Source: Acidimicrobiia bacterium (GTDB lineage: Bacteria; Actinomycetota; Acidimicrobiia; Spongiisociales; UBA5794). Taken from it: 64,000 nt of DNA. The stretch covers positions 15,329 to 79,328 of the forward strand of contig JAOZRW010000007.1 in assembly GCA_029939995.1 (NCBI GenBank), read 5' to 3'. This document shows, one piece after another, positions 8,627 to 17,463 of this stretch. The notes beneath the pieces are model-generated. The model had not been told where the DNA came from. It worked only from the letters and a program-made list of their open reading frames with translations, and searched no databases. The position numbers and the translations under genes were made by a program. How positions within the stretch are numbered: the stretch's first letter is position 1; the number at the start of each line of letters is the position of its first letter.

Positions 8627-11131
8627 TCAGTGCTCGTTGTCGGCGAGTTCCACCGGAGGCTGATCCGGCGTCTCGATCGACACGAACGCGAGGCGCTCGG
8701 GATCCTCTTCGTCGATATCGACGAGGATGGTCGACCCCGCCGGGAACTCGCGATGGAGCACGCGCTCGGACAACGGGTCCTCCAACAGACGCTGGATCGC
8801 CCTGCGGAGCGGCCTCGCGCCGAGCTGCGGGTCGTACCCCTTCTCCGCGAGTCGCGTCTTCGCCGCGTCGGAGAGCGCCAGGTCGATCGCCTGCGATTCG
8901 AGCTGCGACCGCACACGGGCCACGAGGAGGTCGACGATCGTCTTGACCTCTTCCTGGGTCAGCTCGTGGAAGACGATGACCTCGTCGATACGGTTCAGGA
9001 ACTCCGGGCGGAAGTGCTTCTTGAGCGACTCGACGACCTTCTCACGCATCTTGTCGTAGTCCAGTTCGGCGTCGTCGACGGAGAATCCGATCGCCTTCTT
9101 GCGGAGATCCGCGGTGCCGAGGTTGGACGTCATGATGATCACGGTGTTCTTGAAGTCGACGGCGCGCCCCTGGGCGTCCGTCAGACGCCCGTCCTCGAGG
9201 ATCTGCAACAAGATGTTGAAGACGTCCTGGTGGGCCTTCTCGATCTCGTCGAACAGCACGACGGAGAACGGCTTCCTGCGAACGGCTTCCGTCAGCTGAC
9301 CGCCCTCGTCGTATCCGACGTAGCCGGGTGGGGAACCGACGAGCCGGCTCACTGCGTGCTTCTCCATGTACTCGGACATGTCGATCTGGATCAGTGCATC
9401 CTCGTCGCCGAAGAGGAACTCGGTGAGCGCTTTCGCCGACTCGGTCTTGCCGACCCCGGACGGTCCGAGGAAGATGAAGGACCCCGCCGGCCGCTTCGGA
9501 TCCTTCAACCCGGCACGGGTGCGGCGGATCGCTTTGGAGACCGCCTCGATGGCGTCGTGCTGGCCGATGATGCGCTTGTGGAGCTCGTCCTCCATGCGCA
9601 GCAGCCGCTCCGTCTCCTCCTCGGTGAGGCGATGCACGGGGATGCCGGTCCACTGGGCGAGAACCTCGGCGATCTGCTCCTCGTCGATGATGGACGAGTA
9701 GTCCTCGCCGACCGCCGCACCCTGGGACACGAAGCCGGAGCGCTCCCCCATCAGGTTCAGTTCCTGGTCGCGAAGCTTGGCCGCCCGTTCGTACTGCTGT
9801 GCGTAGACGGCTTCGCGTTTGTCTCCGCGGATCTTGGCCACGCGGTCGTCGATGTCGCGAACCTCGCTCGGGAGATCCTTGCGCTTGAGCCGCATCCGAC
9901 TTCCCGCTTCGTCGATCAGGTCGATGGCCTTGTCCGGCAGGTACCGGTCGGCGATGTACCGGTCGGCGAGGTTCGCAGCGTTGACGAGCGCCTGGTCCGT
10001 GAACCGGACACGGTGATGGTCCTCGTACGAGTCGCGCAGGCCTTCGAGGATCTTGATGGTGTCGGCGACCGTCGGTTCTTCGACCTGGATGGGCTGGAAC
10101 CGGCGTTCGAGGGCCGAGTCCTTCTCGAGGTACTTGCGGTACTCCTCGAGCGTCGTGGCACCGATCGTCTGGAGCTCACCGCGGGCGAGCATCGGCTTCA
10201 GGATGCTGGCCGCGTCGATCGCGCCTTCGGCTGCTCCGGCTCCGACGAGGGTGTGGATCTCGTCGATGAACAGGATGATGTCTCCGCGGGTGCGGATCTC
10301 CTTCAGAACCTTCTTGAGCCGCTCCTCGAAGTCGCCGCGGTACCGGGAGCCGGCGACGAGCGCTCCGAGATCGAGCGTGTAGAGATGTTTGTCGGTGAGG
10401 GTGTCCGGCACGTTCCCCTCCACGATCCGCTGGGCGAGGCCCTCCACGATGGCGGTCTTGCCGACGCCCGGCTCTCCGATCAGCACCGGGTTGTTCTTGG
10501 TGCGTCGGGAGAGGACCTGCATGACCCGTTCGATCTCCGTGGACCGGCCGATCACCGGATCGAGCTTGCGTTCGCGGGCGAGCTGCGTGAGGTTCCTGCC
10601 GAACTGGTCGAGCACGGTCGAGCCGCTGCTCGACGGTCCCGACTCGCTCTTCCCGCTCCCGCCCGGGTGCCCGGATGCGCTCGGTTCCTCGCTCTGGACA
10701 CCGGAGAGGAGCTGGATCACCGTCTGGCGGACCTTGTGCAGTTCGGCGCCGAGCTGCTGGAGAACCTGGGCGGCGACACCCTCCCCCTCGCGGATGAGGC
10801 CGAGCAGGATGTGCTCGGTCCCGATGTAGTTGTGGCCGAGCTGGAGAGCCTCGCGCAGGGACAGTTCGAGGACCTTCTTGGCGCGGGGGGTGAACGGGAT
10901 GTGCCCGCTGGGGGCCTGGGATCCCTGGCCGATGATCTCGACGACCTGGCTGCGAACCGATTCGAGGCTGATGTCCATGCTCTCGAGCGCGCGGGCGGCG
11001 ACACCCTCGCCTTCGTGGATGAGACCGAGAAGGATGTGCTCGGTCCCGATGTAGTTGTGATTGAGGAGCCGCGCCTCTTCCTGGGCGAGAACCACGACCC
11101 TCCGGGCCCTATCGGTGAACCGTTCGAACAA
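8627..11131 (-). CDS. clpC: ATP-dependent Clp protease ATP-binding subunit ClpC
   Basis: [37 protein letters not shown], duplicated Clp-N repeats, two AAA+ modules ([16 protein letters not shown]), and a UVR-like linker. Confidence 0.97.
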   Translation of the reverse strand: MFERFTDRARRVVVLAQEEARLLNHNYIGTEHILLGLIHEGEGVAARALESMDISLESVRSQVVEIIGQGSQAPSGHIPFTPRAKKVLELSLREALQLGHNYIGTEHILLGLIREGEGVAAQVLQQLGAELHKVRQTVIQLLSGVQSEEPSASGHPGGSGKSESGPSSSGSTVLDQFGRNLTQLARERKLDPVIGRSTEIERVMQVLSRRTKNNPVLIGEPGVGKTAIVEGLAQRIVEGNVPDTLTDKHLYTLDLGALVAGSRYRGDFEERLKKVLKEIRTRGDIILFIDEIHTLVGAGAAEGAIDAASILKPMLARGELQTIGATTLEEYRKYLEKDSALERRFQPIQVEEPTVADTIKILEGLRDSYEDHHRVRFTDQALVNAANLADRYIADRYLPDKAIDLIDEAGSRMRLKRKDLPSEVRDIDDRVAKIRGDKREAVYAQQYERAAKLRDQELNLMGERSGFVSQGAAVGEDYSSIIDEEQIAEVLAQWTGIPVHRLTEEETERLLRMEDELHKRIIGQHDAIEAVSKAIRRTRAGLKDPKRPAGSFIFLGPSGVGKTESAKALTEFLFGDEDALIQIDMSEYMEKHAVSRLVGSPPGYVGYDEGGQLTEAVRRKPFSVVLFDEIEKAHQDVFNILLQILEDGRLTDAQGRAVDFKNTVIIMTSNLGTADLRKKAIGFSVDDAELDYDKMREKVVESLKKHFRPEFLNRIDEVIVFHELTQEEVKTIVDLLVARVRSQLESQAIDLALSDAAKTRLAEKGYDPQLGARPLRRAIQRLLEDPLSERVLHREFPAGSTILVDIDEEDPERLAFVSIETPDQPPVELADNEH

Positions 11132-11249
11132 GGTGACACCTCTTGATGGAACAATGGCGCCGGGATCCCCGAACGCCTCCCCAAGTATAGGAGCGGACGC
11201 CCGATAGACCCCGGTTCTTGAACCGGAGTATCCGGATCATGTTTCGGAA

Positions 11250-11275
11250 AACGCAGGGGCTACCATTCCCATTCC
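11250..11275 (-). promoter_or_regulatory. SigH/SigR-type ECF promoter motif GGAAT-N18-GTT upstream of clpC
   Basis: The minus strand reads GGAATGGGAATGGTAGCCCCTGCGTT. That is GGAAT at 11275-11271, exactly 18 nt of spacer, and GTT at 11252-11250. It lies about 120 nt upstream of the clpC start. Confidence 0.5.
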
Positions 11276-11294
11276 CGAGAGGCCCAGGAGACCC

Positions 11295-12287
11295 GTGGAC
11301 CAGCCGATTCTCAACGATCTCGTCCCGATTCCAAGAGTATGGGACAGGATGAGCGGGGTCGAGCGACGCCTTCTCGAAGTCACGATGTCCGAAGACGTGT
11401 TCCTGACCGATATCGCCCAGCACCTGCTTCGCGCCGGCGGGAAGCGGTACCGTCCGCTCCTCGCGCAGGTCGCTGCGGAGCTCGGCTCGGGGGACGGTGA
11501 CGGCCCGATCGAGGCCGGCGTCTCCGTCGAACTGGTCCACGTCGGATCGCTCTATCACGACGACGTCATCGATGAGGCCGACTCTCGCCGGGGGCAGGTC
11601 TCGGTGAACGAGAACTGGACGAATACGATCGCCATCCTTGCCGGCGACTTCCTTCTCGCCCGCGCCTCGGAGATCGCCGCTCCGCTCGGCGAGGAAGCCG
11701 TGACACTCGTCGCCCAGACGTACGCGCGCCTGTGCGAGGGGCAGGTCGCCGAACTCCGGTTCGCCGGGGCGCTCGACCACGGGCCGGACGGCTATTACCA
11801 GGTCATCGGTGGGAAAACGGCGAGTCTCATCCGCACGTCGGCACGGCTCGGTGCGATCACCGCGAACGCCTCCGACGAGGATGTCGAGGCCATCAGCGAC
11901 TGGGCATGGGAAATGGGCCTCGTCTTTCAGATGACCGACGACGTGCTCGATCTCGTCGCCGACGAAGCGTTCCTCGGCAAACCCTCCGGGTCCGACATCG
12001 GCGAAGGTGTCTACACGCTCCCGGTGCTCTACGCGGCGAGCGGACCCGACGGGCCGAAGATCCGGGATGCTCTCTCCGGCGGCGCTCCGACGGATCGCGC
12101 GACCATCGACCGCGTGATCGAGCTCACCGTCGCCGGCGGCTTCGTCGACCGGGTCATCGACGAATCGATGGCGCACATGCGTCTCGCCGAGGCCGCAACC
12201 GATCGGATCAGCAGCCGGTCCCTGACCCCGGTTCTGCAGAACCTCGACGCGTACATCTTGAACCGCGTCAAGGCCGCCCGCGAATAG
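11295..12287 (+). CDS. Polyprenyl diphosphate synthase (trans-isoprenyl diphosphate synthase family)
   Basis: GGKRYRPLL, first DDxxD (LYHDDVIDEADSRRG), second DDxxD (FQMTDDVLD). Start uncertain: GTG 11295 or ATG 11349. Confidence 0.88.
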   Translation: MDQPILNDLVPIPRVWDRMSGVERRLLEVTMSEDVFLTDIAQHLLRAGGKRYRPLLAQVAAELGSGDGDGPIEAGVSVELVHVGSLYHDDVIDEADSRRGQVSVNENWTNTIAILAGDFLLARASEIAAPLGEEAVTLVAQTYARLCEGQVAELRFAGALDHGPDGYYQVIGGKTASLIRTSARLGAITANASDEDVEAISDWAWEMGLVFQMTDDVLDLVADEAFLGKPSGSDIGEGVYTLPVLYAASGPDGPKIRDALSGGAPTDRATIDRVIELTVAGGFVDRVIDESMAHMRLAEAATDRISSRSLTPVLQNLDAYILNRVKAARE

Positions 12288-12322
12288 CCCGGCCCCCCTG
12301 CGTCGTCGCTGCGCTTCTCCGC

Positions 12323-12439
12323 GTCCCCCCGTCCTCCGGTCGGGGGGACAGGTATGAAAGGGGCCACACCCCTCTTTTTCACGTCTTTCATGTCCCCCCG
12401 GCACGGCCGGGGGGACGCGCACTCGCACGGCGAGTGCGC
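12323..12439. terminator. Cluster of stem-loops in the convergent gap between the polyprenyl synthase and lysS (probable bidirectional terminators)
   Basis: Hairpin 1 at 12323-12349 (GTCCCCCC / GGGGGGAC, 11-nt loop). A short stem AGGGG/CCCCT followed by CTTTTT at about 12359-12379. Hairpin 2 at 12392-12416 with the same 8-bp stem as hairpin 1. Hairpin 3 at 12417-12439 (GCGCACTCG / CGAGTGCGC, 9 bp), 8 nt from the lysS stop. Confidence 0.6.
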
Positions 12440-12446
12440 AGGGGGC

Positions 12447-13937
12447 CTACTGCTCGGGGCGCATCGTGGGGAAGAGGATCACTTCTCTGATGTGCTTGCG
12501 GTCGGTGACGAGCATCACGAGACGATCGACGCCGATCCCGAGCCCACCGGTCGGGGGGAGCCCGTACTCGAGGGCACGGAGATAGTCCTCGTCGACGGGA
12601 TGCGCTTCGTCGTCACCCGCCGCCCGGGCTGCAGCCTGTGCCTCGAATCGCTTCCGCTGGTCGAACGGGTCGTTGAGCTCGGAGAACGCGTTGGCGTACT
12701 CCGACCCGGCGATGACCAGCTCGAATCGCTCGGTGAGCTCGGGATCGTCTCGATGCGCCCGGGCGAGCGGCGACACTTCCTTGGGGTAGTCCGTGACGAA
12801 GGTGGGATCCCACAAGCCGTCTTCGACCAGCTCTTCGTACATCTCGAAGAGAACCCGGCCGGATCCCCACGATGCATCGACGGCCACACCGCGGCGGGAG
12901 GCGAGCGCACGGAGCTGCTCGATCGGCGTGTCCATCGAAACGTCCTCTCCGACGGCCTCGGCCACGAGATCGATGAGACGCGCCCTCCGGAACGGCGGCG
13001 TGAGATCGAGCAGGCGCCCCTGATAGGTGAGGGCCGCCGAACCGGTGGCCGCCACCGCGACGGCGGAGAACACCGCTTCGATCAGATCCATGATGTCGGT
13101 GTAGTCGGCGAACGCCTGATACGCCTCGAGCATCGTGAACTCGGGGTTGTGTGTCGAGTCGACGCCTTCGTTGCGGAAGATGCGACCGATCTCGAATACG
13201 CGTTCGATCCCCCCGACGACGAGCCGCTTGAGGAACAGCTCGGTTGCGATCCGCATCGACAGATCGATGTCCAGCGCGTTGTGATGGGTCGTGAACGGAC
13301 GAGCCGTCGCCCCCGTCGCCTGGGAGAGCAACACGGGCGTCTCGACCTCGATGAACCCGCGGTCCTCGAACTGTCGCCGGAGCTCGGAGATGACCCTTGC
13401 CCGCGTCAGCGCGACCGCCCGTGAGTCCTCGTTGACCATGAGGTCCACGTACCGGCGGCGTGAGCGGGCCTCCACGTCCTTGAGCCCGTGCCACTTGTCC
13501 GGGAGCGGGCGAAGCGCCTTGGCGAGAAGCGTCACCGACGAGACCCGGACGCTCAGCTCCCCCTTCCTGGTCGCGATGACCTCGCCGGTCGCACCGATCC
13601 AGTCCCCCGAGTCGAGGTGGAGGAAGTCGGCGAATCCTTCGTCCCCGAGAACCGCTTTGCTGACGAACAGCTGGATCCGGCCGGACACGTCCTGGAGCAC
13701 GCCGAATGCGAGCCTGCCCATGTCACGCACGTTCATGAGCCGCCCGGCAACGGTCGCCTCGACGCCCGTTTCGGCTCCGGGTTCGAGATCCGCATACCGT
13801 TCGTGAAGCTCTGCTGCGAGGTCCGTGCGGTCGAACCGGTACGGGTAGCCGCCCCGCTCCGCTCCGGCCCGGTACTTCTCGATGCGCGCCGCTACGAGCG
13901 GGTCGTCGATCGGCGTCTCGGCGTGTTCGTCGGTCAT
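12447..13937 (-). CDS. lysS: Lysine--tRNA ligase (class II)
   Basis: Start trimmed to ATG 13937 (MTDEHAETPIDDPLVAARIEKYR...). The listed 713-aa ORF is an Arg-rich read-through into coaX. ATGA overlap with the coaX stop. Class II motifs present (FRNEG, GGLGIGVDRLVM). Confidence 0.95.
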   Translation of the reverse strand: MTDEHAETPIDDPLVAARIEKYRAGAERGGYPYRFDRTDLAAELHERYADLEPGAETGVEATVAGRLMNVRDMGRLAFGVLQDVSGRIQLFVSKAVLGDEGFADFLHLDSGDWIGATGEVIATRKGELSVRVSSVTLLAKALRPLPDKWHGLKDVEARSRRRYVDLMVNEDSRAVALTRARVISELRRQFEDRGFIEVETPVLLSQATGATARPFTTHHNALDIDLSMRIATELFLKRLVVGGIERVFEIGRIFRNEGVDSTHNPEFTMLEAYQAFADYTDIMDLIEAVFSAVAVAATGSAALTYQGRLLDLTPPFRRARLIDLVAEAVGEDVSMDTPIEQLRALASRRGVAVDASWGSGRVLFEMYEELVEDGLWDPTFVTDYPKEVSPLARAHRDDPELTERFELVIAGSEYANAFSELNDPFDQRKRFEAQAAARAAGDDEAHPVDEDYLRALEYGLPPTGGLGIGVDRLVMLVTDRKHIREVILFPTMRPEQ

Positions 13938-14704
13938 TGCTCTTCCTGGTTCCGGTCGAAGATGATGCGCAAGCCCTCGAGGGTCAGATACTCGTCGACG
14001 ACTTCGAGGTTGCGGCAGTGGGGGACGATGGTAGGGGCCAGGCCGCCGGTTGCGACGACCGCCGGATCTCCTCCCACCTCCGCTATCAGCCGCTCGATGA
14101 TGCCGTCGACGAGTCCCGCATGGCCGTAGAGCGCCCCGCTCTGGATGGCTTCGACCGTTCCCTTGCCGATCGGTGAGCGCGGCGGCACGAATTCGACACG
14201 CCGCAGCGCCGCCGTGCCGGAGATCAGAGCCCGGGTCGCGATCTCCAGCCCCGGAGAGATCACACCGCCGATGTACGCGCCGTCGGCATCGACGACGTCG
14301 AAGTTCGTCGACGTGCCGAAATCGACCGCGATCACCGGGTTTCCGTGCCGCTCGCGCGCGCCGACGGCGTTGACGACTCGATCCGCCCCGACCTCCCTCG
14401 GGTTGTCGATGAGGATCGGCATGCCGGTCCTGATACCGGGCCCGACGACGATGACCGGGCCGTGAGACAGATCCGGGGCGACGCAGCGCATCGTCGCGGT
14501 GACCGACGGCACGACGCTCGAGACGGCGACACCTTCGATGTCGCCCGGAGTGAACCCGTCGAGAGCAAGCACACCGAGCAGTTCCCACCGCATCTCGTCC
14601 TTGGTCTGTTCCTTCGTGGAGAAACGCCAGTGGCCGACGAGCTCGTCGTGACGGAACAGTCCGACGGCGACCTGCGTGTTTCCGACGTCGATCGTGAGCA
14701 GCAT
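13934..14704 (-). CDS. coaX: Type III pantothenate kinase
   Basis: MLLTIDVGNTQVAVGLF..., DFGTSTNFD, and GGLA motifs typical of CoaX. Confidence 0.93.
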   Translation of the reverse strand: MLLTIDVGNTQVAVGLFRHDELVGHWRFSTKEQTKDEMRWELLGVLALDGFTPGDIEGVAVSSVVPSVTATMRCVAPDLSHGPVIVVGPGIRTGMPILIDNPREVGADRVVNAVGARERHGNPVIAVDFGTSTNFDVVDADGAYIGGVISPGLEIATRALISGTAALRRVEFVPPRSPIGKGTVEAIQSGALYGHAGLVDGIIERLIAEVGGDPAVVATGGLAPTIVPHCRNLEVVDEYLTLEGLRIIFDRNQEEQ

Positions 14705-15600
14705 CAGGCCTCCCTGTAGAGAATCGAGGTTTCGGCGAGCCGGATCCCCTCGTCAGGAACCCATTCGCCGCCGTCCGGATCGATGTGGACGTTGTCGAGC
14801 AGACGCGTCCTCCCCACCCTGGCGGCGACGGCGAGGAACGCCGGCCGGTCGAGGGCCCCGAGTGGAGCGGCCGTCTCTTGATCGGCGAGCGTCGCGTAGT
14901 CGAGGTCGATCCCGGGCTCCGCGTCGACGGGTCGAGCGGCGATCTCCTCCAGGATCCCTCCCGACCGTTCTCCCCGTCTCACCGCCGCGGCCGCCGCGAG
15001 GACTCCAGTGCTGAGCGCCCGGGCTGCGATCCGCTGCGCCGGGTCGAGGTAGGTGTTGCGCGACGACAGCGCGAGACCGTCTGATTCGCGGACGATCGGG
15101 GATCCGACGACGCGGATCGGGAACGAGAGGTCGGCGGTCATGCGGCGGACGGTCACGAGTTGTTGTGCGTCCTTCCGCCCGAAGTAGGCGACGTCGGGGG
15201 CGACGCCGGCGAAGAGCTTGGCCACGACGGTGGCGACGCCGTCGAAGTGACCGGGCCGGATCGCTCCCTCCATCGTCTCCGTCACGCCGGACACCGTGAC
15301 ACGGGTGAGCGGGTCCGACGGGTACATCTCGGAAAGCGGCGGAGCGAAGACGACGTCGGCGCCGGCGGCTTCGACGAGGGCGACGTCGCGGTCGAGATCG
15401 CGCGGGTACGAGGCCAGATCCTCGGTCGGGGCGAACTGGAGCGGATTGACGAAGATGCTGACGGTGACCGTGTCGCAGTCCCGTCTGGCGGCGTCGACGA
15501 GGCTGATGTGCCCCTCGTGCAGGTACCCCATGGTGGGGACGAAACCGACGCGGCCGCTCGCCAGGTCTCTGGCCTCCGCGAACGTTCGGACGATCTTCAT
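14704..15600 (-). CDS. panC: Pantoate--beta-alanine ligase
   Basis: VPTMGYLHEGHISL (HIGH-like motif) and FVNPLQF. Its TGA shares 1 nt with the coaX ATG (TGATG). Confidence 0.95.
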   Translation of the reverse strand: MKIVRTFAEARDLASGRVGFVPTMGYLHEGHISLVDAARRDCDTVTVSIFVNPLQFAPTEDLASYPRDLDRDVALVEAAGADVVFAPPLSEMYPSDPLTRVTVSGVTETMEGAIRPGHFDGVATVVAKLFAGVAPDVAYFGRKDAQQLVTVRRMTADLSFPIRVVGSPIVRESDGLALSSRNTYLDPAQRIAARALSTGVLAAAAAVRRGERSGGILEEIAARPVDAEPGIDLDYATLADQETAAPLGALDRPAFLAVAARVGRTRLLDNVHIDPDGGEWVPDEGIRLAETSILYREA

Positions 15601-16409
15601 CGGTCCTCCTCCCCCGGCGACGACGCAGCGATCACAGAGGTGGCCTCCACCATGGCATCGAACGCCGGTGCGAGCTCCGGAACGGTCGCCCGGACCGCCG
15701 CTCGCTGCATCTCAACGGTCCCGGCGTCTCCACGAGCGATCGGCCCCGTCAACGATGCGCGCGGCGTGGTGTCGAACGAGTTCGCGATCACGGCCTCGAC
15801 GAGCGGTCGGGCCGCGTCGAACGGAACGCCCGCAACTTCGAAGAGCCGCCGTGCCATGACGAGGGCCGCAACCGGGAAGTTGGCCGCCGCAGCAGCAGCG
15901 GCGTGATAGGCGGCCCGGTCGGAGTCGGCGAGGTCGAACGGGCGGCACCCCATGCTCCGTGCGAATCCGTGCAGCGTGGACCGCAGCGGTTCCTCAGCTG
16001 TGACCCCTACCCACGATCCCGCGAGACGCCGTGCGCCGAGAGTGGGAGTCGGGATGGTCTGAAGCGGATGGAACGAGCCGATGTCGACTCCGTGACCGCC
16101 GAATGCGTCGAGCGCATCGACCGGTACGGCGCCGGAGAGGTGGACGACACCGGCCGCGGCGTTGCGCGCCACCGGTGCGATGCGGCCGGCCACGGTCGCG
16201 ATGGCGTCGTCTCGAACGGCCACGATGACGAGATCCACGGGAGGGATCGGGTCACCGATCGCGAGCGATACGGCATCGAATCGTCCGGCGGCCGCCGTGG
16301 TTCGCCCGGCGTCCCGTCCGGCGACGGCGACGATCTCGTGTCCGGCACCGTTCGCTGCGATGGCAACGGCCTGGCCTGCACGTCCCGGGCCTGCGAGGGC
16401 AAGTCTCAT
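15597..16409 (-). CDS. Rossmann-fold NAD(P)-binding protein with DUF2520-like C-terminal domain
   Basis: Start trimmed to ATG 16409 (MRLALAGPGRAGQAVAIA..., GxGxxG). The 104-codon upstream extension is Arg/Pro-rich and overlaps the folK region. 4-nt overlap with panC. Confidence 0.75.
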   Translation of the reverse strand: MRLALAGPGRAGQAVAIAANGAGHEIVAVAGRDAGRTTAAAGRFDAVSLAIGDPIPPVDLVIVAVRDDAIATVAGRIAPVARNAAAGVVHLSGAVPVDALDAFGGHGVDIGSFHPLQTIPTPTLGARRLAGSWVGVTAEEPLRSTLHGFARSMGCRPFDLADSDRAAYHAAAAAAANFPVAALVMARRLFEVAGVPFDAARPLVEAVIANSFDTTPRASLTGPIARGDAGTVEMQRAAVRATVPELAPAFDAMVEATSVIAASSPGEEDR

Positions 16410-16471
16410 GGGCTCCGATCCTCCCGGTATCGGTCCTGGCCCGCCTCGGGGCCTGTGTGGGGACAAACGTA

Positions 16472-16978
16472 CTACGTCCGGGTCGGCTCGGCACCGCCCG
16501 GTTCCTCTTCGAGTCGTTGCAGCACCTGTTCGGCAACGGCACCGGCGGCCGGCTCGATCGCCGATCCGTCGGGCATGGTCGCATCCGGCCAGACCTCGAG
16601 AAGCGGGTCGAGCACGAATCGGCGATACCGGATCTGCGGGTGGGGAACGGTGAGCTGCGGGAGATCGAGCGACAACCGGTCGTAGAGGAGCAGGTCGAGA
16701 TCGAGCGTTCGCGGACCCCACTTCGCCTCCCTGGTTCGCCCGCGGGCCCGCTCGATGAGGAGCAGATCGCGCAGGAGTGACATCGGAGGGCGCGCTGTGT
16801 CGATGAGAACGACGGCGTTGAGGTACGGCCCCTGATCCGGCCCGCCGACGGGCGCCGACTCGTACAGCGACGAAACGCCCACGATCGCCGAGACGGCCCG
16901 GAGCCCCCGAATCGCAGCACGTACATGGGCGGCCCTGTCGCCCAGGTTCGATCCGACGCCGATCGCGCAGCGGCTCAC
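16472..16978 (-). CDS. folK: 2-amino-4-hydroxy-6-hydroxymethyldihydropteridine diphosphokinase (HPPK)
   Basis: GSNLGDR, WGPRTLDLDLL, and PHPQIRYRRFVLDPL motifs. The GTG start overlaps the upstream stop (GTGA). Confidence 0.93.
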   Translation of the reverse strand: MSRCAIGVGSNLGDRAAHVRAAIRGLRAVSAIVGVSSLYESAPVGGPDQGPYLNAVVLIDTARPPMSLLRDLLLIERARGRTREAKWGPRTLDLDLLLYDRLSLDLPQLTVPHPQIRYRRFVLDPLLEVWPDATMPDGSAIEPAAGAVAEQVLQRLEEEPGGAEPTRT

Positions 16979-17463
16979 CGGATGGGGATGAGTGAGCGTC
17001 CCTCGGGACCGAGGGGGCGCCCGAGGATCTCCTGGATCACCGACGTCGCGATGATCGGGTCGTCCACGAGCCCCGAATAGACGAGATACCCGGCAAGCAA
17101 CCCGCCGACCGTCTCGTCGATCGCATCCCGATGCAACAACACGGACGCCCCGCGAACGCCCAGGGCTTCGTCGATTGCGGCGAAGATGGGCTCGGTGTCG
17201 CCGATCTCATACGGCAAACCGTCGACCGGATGGACGATCACGCGGAACTCCGCCTCGTCGTAGGCTGCGGCGTTCTGGCCGGCGGGCAGGAGGGTGAGAA
17301 TGGTGTTGATCCCTTGCTCCGTGAGCCAGGCGATCTCCTCTTCGCGGCGTACGCGTCGGTGCTGGAACCCCGATCCGCCGATCCGCTCGGATACGGCGAG
17401 CCGTCCGGCGATCACCCACCGGAAGCCCCTCGGCTCGAGTCCTGGTACATCTTTCTTAGCCAT
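16975..17463 (-). CDS. Dual-specificity-phosphatase-fold protein lacking the catalytic Cys and Arg (putative pseudophosphatase), embedded in the folate operon
   Basis: Start trimmed to ATG 17463 (MAKKDVPGLEPRGFRWVIAGRLAV...). The layout follows the DSP pattern (GINTILTLL, HPVDGLP, VLLHRDAIDETVGGLLAGYLV), but the HCx5R loop reads HRDAIDET and the protein has no cysteine at all. Coupled to folP (TGATG) and folK (GTGA). Confidence 0.55.
   Translation of the reverse strand: MAKKDVPGLEPRGFRWVIAGRLAVSERIGGSGFQHRRVRREEEIAWLTEQGINTILTLLPAGQNAAAYDEAEFRVIVHPVDGLPYEIGDTEPIFAAIDEALGVRGASVLLHRDAIDETVGGLLAGYLVYSGLVDDPIIATSVIQEILGRPLGPEGRSLIPIR

Noticed and set aside
8630-11146. 838-aa + strand ORF exactly antisense to clpC. 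Similar giants occur at 17718..20417 (+), 58837..61176 (+), 32075..34183 (-) and 30459..32492 (+).
   Set aside because: These are typical high-GC antisense shadow ORFs. They are Arg/Asp/Gly/Pro-rich with no recognisable motifs, and each is fully covered by a strongly supported gene on the other strand. 30459..32492 even runs through the end of the tRNA gene.
13938-14588. N-terminal 217-codon extension of the lysS ORF. Analogous extensions occur in the ORFs called at 15597..16721, 16975..17922, 35057..35902, 49921..51534, 55355..56443, 56526..58349 and 59686..61485.
   Set aside because: The extensions are Arg/Pro/Gly-rich and overlap well-supported upstream genes in another frame. Internal ATG/GTG starts give canonical N-termini and 1- or 4-nt overlaps with the preceding stop.
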